DNA of 32,000 nucleotides from Candidatus Saccharimonadota bacterium (GTDB lineage Bacteria; Bacteroidota; Bacteroidia; Flavobacteriales; Blattabacteriaceae), in the NCBI GenBank assembly GCA_029851085.1, contig CP100318.1, forward strand, positions 1 through 32,000, given 5' to 3'. The first letter of the stretch is position 1; each line of letters starts with the position of its first letter. Positions 27,557-32,000 of this stretch are shown piece by piece. Made by a program: the position numbers and the translations under genes. The notes under the pieces are model-generated. The model was not told where the DNA came from and did no database searches. It was given only the letters and a program-made list of their open reading frames with translations.

Positions 27557-28747
27557 ATGTATCAAATTTCAAAAAGACTTCAAAATATGAGATATTCACA
27601 AACTTTAGCAATGACTGCTAGAGCTAGATATTTAAAGTCGTTAGGTAATGATATAATTAGTCTTAGTGTTGGTGAACCAGATTTTTTACCTCCTGATTTT
27701 ATACTTAATGCTTCTAAAAAAGCTATTGATGATGGACATCATTATTATACTCCTGTAGCTGGTTATTCAAAATTAAGAGAAGTTATTTGTAATAAATTTA
27801 AACGTGATAATAATATATCTTATTCTCCTTCTCAAATAATTGTATCTACTGGTGTTAAACAATCTATTATTAATGTATTATTAGCAATACTTAATTCACA
27901 AGATGAAATAATTATACCTGCTCCTTATTGGGTAAGTTATTGTGAAATGGCAAAATTGTGTGAAGCTAATCCGATTATTGTTTATACAAAAGTTGAAAAT
28001 AATTATAAAATTACTCCTGAAGAATTAGAAAATGCAATTACTACTAGAACAAAAGCATTTATTTTTAGTACACCTTGTAATCCTACAGGAAGTGTTTACA
28101 GTAGAAATGAATTAAAACTTTTATCTAAAGTATTTAGTAAACATCCAAATATAATTATTATTTCAGATGAAATATATGAACATATATGTTATAATAATGA
28201 ACATATAAGTATAGCAACATTTCCATCAGTATATGAACAAACTGTAACATTAAATGGTCTTTCAAAATCTTTTGCTATGACAGGTTGGAGAATTGGTTAT
28301 ATAGGTGCTACTGAATGGTTGACTCAAGCTTGTGAAAAAATACAAGGACAAACTACTTCTTGTGCAAATTCTATAGCACAATGTGCAGCTATTGCAGCAT
28401 TAGAATCATCTCCTAAAAGTATTGAATATATGATATCAGCTTTCAAAAAAAGATTAGATCTAGTTGTAGATTTATTAAATGATATTCCTGGATTTATTTT
28501 ATTAAATAAACCCCAAGGAGCTTTTTATGTATTTCCTAACGTTTCTAATTTTTTGGGCAAAAAATTTAATGGAAAAAAAATAAAAAATACTGATGATTTA
28601 GCAATATATTTACTGGAAACAGCTAATGTATCTACAGTTAGTGGAACAGCATTTGGATATAATAATAGTTTACGTATTTCTTATGCTATATCAGAAGATA
28701 AATTAGAAAATGCTTTTAAAAGAATTAAAAATGCTTTAAAATTTTAG
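27557..28747 (+). CDS. aspC: Aspartate aminotransferase (class I, PLP-dependent)
   Basis: 396-aa ORF: SQTLAMTARARYLKSLGNDIISLSVGEPDF, NPTG, and the PLP-lysine context LNGLSKSFAMTGWRIGY. Confidence 0.85.
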   Translation: MYQISKRLQNMRYSQTLAMTARARYLKSLGNDIISLSVGEPDFLPPDFILNASKKAIDDGHHYYTPVAGYSKLREVICNKFKRDNNISYSPSQIIVSTGVKQSIINVLLAILNSQDEIIIPAPYWVSYCEMAKLCEANPIIVYTKVENNYKITPEELENAITTRTKAFIFSTPCNPTGSVYSRNELKLLSKVFSKHPNIIIISDEIYEHICYNNEHISIATFPSVYEQTVTLNGLSKSFAMTGWRIGYIGATEWLTQACEKIQGQTTSCANSIAQCAAIAALESSPKSIEYMISAFKKRLDLVVDLLNDIPGFILLNKPQGAFYVFPNVSNFLGKKFNGKKIKNTDDLAIYLLETANVSTVSGTAFGYNNSLRISYAISEDKLENAFKRIKNALKF

Positions 28748-28788
28748 TTAAAAAATTGTATTTTGTATTGATTATTATTTTTTTATTT

Positions 28789-30084
28789 ATGCAAAAAAAA
28801 ATATTTATATATTTATTTATAATAATAACGTATTTAATTAATTCTTCTTATACTTATGACAAAATAGAACGTAAAGATGACAAAGTAGATAGTAAAAATG
28901 AAAAAATAGAAGTAGATAGTATTGTTGCCCAAATAGGTAATAAAATTATTTTGAAATCTGAAATAGATAAATTAATAAATGAAAATTTTTGTTATAATAA
29001 AAAAGAACATTGTTATAAATTCTATGATTTATTAAAAGATAAATTATTAATTGATCTTATTAAGAATAATAATCTTATATCTAAGAATGAGATTAATGAG
29101 ATTAATAATGAGATTAATAAAGAAGCAATTTTGAAATTTCAAATTTCAAATTTAAATTTTGATCCAAATATATCAAAACAGATTTTTTATGACATAAAAA
29201 ATAATATTTATTATAATCGTATAATAAAAATTATTAATCATAATAATGATATTTATGTTAGTCCTAAAGAAATACATAATTATATCAATTATATAAATAA
29301 GAAAAATAAAATAATTATACCTAGTATTTTTGAATTATCTACTATTATTTTTTTTCCTAAAATAACTAATGATCATAAAAAACAAATAATAAATAAATTA
29401 TATAAAATAAAGAAAGAAATAGAAAATGGATGTGATTTTAATAAAAAAGCTATTATATATTCTGATGATATTAAATCATCAATAAATGGAGGATTAATAA
29501 AAGGATTAAATTTTGATTTAATAAATAATGACTTAAAAAAAGTTATTTCTTCTTTAAAAGAAGGTGAATTATCAAAACCTTTTGAAATTGAATCAAAATT
29601 TATTCTATTAAAATTAGAAAAAATAAGAGGAAAAGAATTTGATATACGTTTAATACTTATTAAACCAAAATATACAAAAGAAGAATTTTATAAAACATTA
29701 AAATTGGTTTATTCAGTAAATAATGATATTATTAATAATAAAATAAGTTTTGAAGAGGCAAGATATAAATATCCAAATATTTTAATGAATGATAAAATTC
29801 AAGTTAATAAAAATAAAATTCCTGCTATTTTAAAGAATAAAAAAAATGGATATATTAGTAAACCATTATCATTAGAATTAAATGGAATAAAAGTTTTTTA
29901 TTTAATAAAATTTATTAATAAAATTCCAGTACATCAATTATCCTTTGATAGTGATTATGAATATATAAAAAATTTTTTATATACTAAAAAAAGTATTAAA
30001 AATATTATGAATTTTATTAAATACAATATTAAAGATACTTTTATTAAAATTTTTGATGAAAAATATAAAAATTGTTATAAATAA
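28789..30084 (+). CDS. SurA-like periplasmic chaperone / parvulin-type peptidyl-prolyl isomerase (degenerate)
   Basis: About 431 aa from the ATG at 28789, with a signal-like N-terminus MQKKIFIYLFIIITYLI, a SurA-N-like region (VDSIVAQIGNKIILKSEIDK) and a weak parvulin region (INGGLIKGLNF...GELSKPFEIESKFILLKLE). The TTG extension at 28756 is judged spurious. Confidence 0.55.
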   Translation: MQKKIFIYLFIIITYLINSSYTYDKIERKDDKVDSKNEKIEVDSIVAQIGNKIILKSEIDKLINENFCYNKKEHCYKFYDLLKDKLLIDLIKNNNLISKNEINEINNEINKEAILKFQISNLNFDPNISKQIFYDIKNNIYYNRIIKIINHNNDIYVSPKEIHNYINYINKKNKIIIPSIFELSTIIFFPKITNDHKKQIINKLYKIKKEIENGCDFNKKAIIYSDDIKSSINGGLIKGLNFDLINNDLKKVISSLKEGELSKPFEIESKFILLKLEKIRGKEFDIRLILIKPKYTKEEFYKTLKLVYSVNNDIINNKISFEEARYKYPNILMNDKIQVNKNKIPAILKNKKNGYISKPLSLELNGIKVFYLIKFINKIPVHQLSFDSDYEYIKNFLYTKKSIKNIMNFIKYNIKDTFIKIFDEKYKNCYK

Positions 30085-30096
30085 TTGGATTTACAT

Positions 30097-30345
30097 ATGA
30101 TTTTATTTATAAGTTTTGAAGAAAGTTTTTTTATAATTTTTGTTGCTATACTGTTATTTGGTGTAGATCAAATTCCTGAAATAGCAATGGTATTAGGTAA
30201 ATCTATATATAAAATACGTTATTCTATAAATAAAATAAAAAAAGAAATGTGGGAATATTATGAAAAAGAAGAATTTTCAAAAAAATTAAAAAAAGAAAAA
30301 AAAGAATTAGATGATAATTTTTCAGGTTCTATAAAACGAACATAA
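30097..30345 (+). CDS. tatA: Sec-independent (Tat) translocase protein TatA/E
   Basis: MILFISFEESFFIIFVAILLFGVDQIPEIAMVLGKSIYK: a transmembrane helix, then LLFG...IPE, then an amphipathic helix, as is typical of TatA. I prefer the ATG at 30097 over the TTG at 30085. Confidence 0.75.
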   Translation: MILFISFEESFFIIFVAILLFGVDQIPEIAMVLGKSIYKIRYSINKIKKEMWEYYEKEEFSKKLKKEKKELDDNFSGSIKRT

Positions 30346-30348
30346 TGT

Positions 30349-31836
30349 TTATGTTTTAATTTTAAAAGTTGTAATATTCTTATTATCTTCAAGTGTTATT
30401 CCTAATTCTTTTAATTCATTTCTTATATTATCTGATAATATCCAATTTTTTTCAGAACGAGCGTTATTACGAATTTTTATTAGTAAATTTATTAACTTTT
30501 TAGAAACATTATCTATTTTTTCAATTGGTTCAAGTCCTAAAACTTTAAAAATAAAATTATGCATAGTATTTTTAAATAGTAAAAAATCATCAATACCTAA
30601 TTTTAGAACGCCTTTTTCAAGTAATTCTATGTATTTAGTTGCTTTAAATAAAAGTGAAATTAACATTGGACTATTAAAATCATCATCCATAGCTTTATGA
30701 CATTCTTCTTTCCAAGAAAAGACATCAAAAGTTGATACCACATTATCTGTATCGGCATAATAAATATTATCTAATTTTTTAAATTTATTCATTAAACTAT
30801 AATATGTTCGTTCAGCATCAATAAGCGCATCATTAGAAATATTTATAATACTACGATAATGATTTTTTAAAATAAAAAAACGTACTATATTAGGATGAAA
30901 AGGTTTTTCTAAAAAAGTATTTTTACCACTAAAAATATCTTTAGGTAATAATATATTCATAGTAGATTTACTCATTTTATAACCATTTAATGTTAACATA
31001 TTAGTATGTATCCAAAAGTTAATTGTTTTTTGATTATAAATACCTTGAATTTGTGCTAATTCACATTCATGATGTGGAAATTTCAAATCTAGACCTCCAC
31101 CATGTATATCAAAAAATTTACCTAAATATTTAACACTCATAGTTGAACATTCTAAATGCCAACTAGGAAATCCATTTCCCCAAGGAGATGGCCAATGCAT
31201 TATATGATTTATGGGAGCTTTTTTCCATAATGCAAAATCTTTAGGATTACGTTTTTCTTGTTGTTTTTTTAAAAATCTACTTGATTCTATTAAATTATCA
31301 ATTTTATGTTTGCTTAAAATTCCATATTCATAATTTTTATTATAAGCTTCAATATTAAAATATACTGAACCGTTAACTTCATAAGCTAATCCTTTTTTAA
31401 TTAAAATTTTAATATATTCAATTTGATCGATTATATGACCTGTAGCTGTAGGTTCAATACTAGGTGGTAAAATATTAAATAGATATAAAGTCTGATGAAA
31501 ATCAATAGTATATTTTTGAACAATTTCCATAGGTTCAAGTTTTTCTATTTTAGCCTTTTTTCCAATTTTATCTTCTCCTTCATCATTATCATTTTCTAAA
31601 TGACCAACATCAGTAATATTACGTACATAACGCACTTTATAACCTAAATATTTAAAATATCTAAATATTAAATCAAAATGTATAAAAGTTCTGCAATTGC
31701 CTAAATGAATTTTATTATAAACTGTAGGTCCACAAACATACATACCAACATGTCCTTTAATAATTGGATTAAATATTTCTTTTTTTCCTGTAATAGAATT
31801 ATATATTTTTATATTACGTTTAATAATTTTTTTCAT
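30349..31836 (-). CDS. cysS: Cysteine--tRNA ligase
   Basis: 495-aa ORF with class I synthetase motifs: a HIGH-like HLGNCRT in [16 protein letters not shown], and KMSKS. Confidence 0.95.
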   Translation of the reverse strand: MKKIIKRNIKIYNSITGKKEIFNPIIKGHVGMYVCGPTVYNKIHLGNCRTFIHFDLIFRYFKYLGYKVRYVRNITDVGHLENDNDEGEDKIGKKAKIEKLEPMEIVQKYTIDFHQTLYLFNILPPSIEPTATGHIIDQIEYIKILIKKGLAYEVNGSVYFNIEAYNKNYEYGILSKHKIDNLIESSRFLKKQQEKRNPKDFALWKKAPINHIMHWPSPWGNGFPSWHLECSTMSVKYLGKFFDIHGGGLDLKFPHHECELAQIQGIYNQKTINFWIHTNMLTLNGYKMSKSTMNILLPKDIFSGKNTFLEKPFHPNIVRFFILKNHYRSIINISNDALIDAERTYYSLMNKFKKLDNIYYADTDNVVSTFDVFSWKEECHKAMDDDFNSPMLISLLFKATKYIELLEKGVLKLGIDDFLLFKNTMHNFIFKVLGLEPIEKIDNVSKKLINLLIKIRNNARSEKNWILSDNIRNELKELGITLEDNKNITTFKIKT

Positions 31837-31874
31837 ACTTTATGTAAAATTACTATTTTTATATAATATATTAT

Positions 31875-32000
31875 ATGGCACAATTAACTTCACGTAGAGA
31901 AGATTATTCTAAATGGTATAATGAAATTATAATTAAAGCTAATTTAGCAGAAACATCTAATGTACGTGGATGTATGATTATAAAACCTTATGGGTTTGCT
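31875..32000 (+). CDS. proS: Proline--tRNA ligase (5' fragment, runs off the window)
   Basis: [42 protein letters not shown] matches the N-terminus of archaeal/Bacteroidota-type ProRS. Not in the ORF track because it is truncated by the window edge. Confidence 0.85.
   Translation, partial: MAQLTSRREDYSKWYNEIIIKANLAETSNVRGCMIIKPYGFA

Noticed and set aside
28756-30096. TTG-extended starts for the SurA-like gene (28756) and tatA (30085)
   Set aside because: In-frame ATGs at 28789 and 30097 give N-termini that match the expected signal peptide and the TatA transmembrane start. The extensions add only hydrophobic filler or overlap the upstream stop region.
1-32000. Alternative genetic code (TGA read as Trp), as in some tiny symbiont genomes
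   Set aside because: All conserved genes are full length under the standard code, TGA terminates ruvC and the PPTase frame at sensible positions, and the tRNA-Trp anticodon is CCA.
1-32000. Search for a defence system, toxin-antitoxin pair, mobile element, integrase or secondary-metabolite cluster
   Set aside because: Every ORF of meaningful length is assignable to a housekeeping family. No transposase, integrase or nuclease-helicase cassettes, no inverted terminal repeats and no compositionally foreign island were seen.

Overview
This window is a gene-dense, extremely AT-rich stretch of a reduced bacterial chromosome. By inference it comes from a Bacteroidota (Flavobacteriia-like) insect-endosymbiont type genome. 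The grounds are: no Shine-Dalgarno motifs before start codons, an S16 with a C-terminal extension, a DUF2795-like protein, Bacteroidota-style TatA and PPTase N-termini, and 4-nt ATGA gene overlaps. I cannot name the species from sequence alone.

Content is almost entirely housekeeping. In order: rpoB, rplL/rplJ, rplA, rplK, nusG, secE, tRNA-Trp, tuf, a tRNA-Thr/Gly/Tyr/Thr cluster, gyrA, pheT, dnaN, tRNA-Met(CAU), rsmD, rpsA, secA, a DUF2795-like gene, a degenerate SDR, ruvC, a PPTase gene missing from the ORF track, a CPBP/CAAX protease, tRNA-Gln, rpsP, rimM, gyrB, rsmG, an aspartate aminotransferase, a SurA-like gene, tatA, cysS and the start of proS. The standard genetic code appears to apply, since TGA is used as a stop and tRNA-Trp carries CCA.

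I see no mobile element, prophage, defence system, CRISPR array, rRNA or secondary-metabolite cluster, and I do not think a novel multi-gene system is hidden here.

Four things are unusual for such a compact genome:
1. A minisatellite of about 700 bp (roughly 50 units of 13-14 bp, with a 67-bp higher-order period) fills the rsmG-gyrB spacer. It appears to grow out of the rsmG stop-codon region.
2. Direct duplications of gene termini recur at dnaN, rpsA, the CPBP gene, the rpsP-rimM junction, gyrB and perhaps tRNA-Trp. Three of them create decoy uORFs that copy the N-terminus of the downstream gene.
3. rplJ and rplL form one uninterrupted reading frame.
4. An intact 4'-phosphopantetheinyl transferase frame has no ATG, GTG or TTG codon anywhere.
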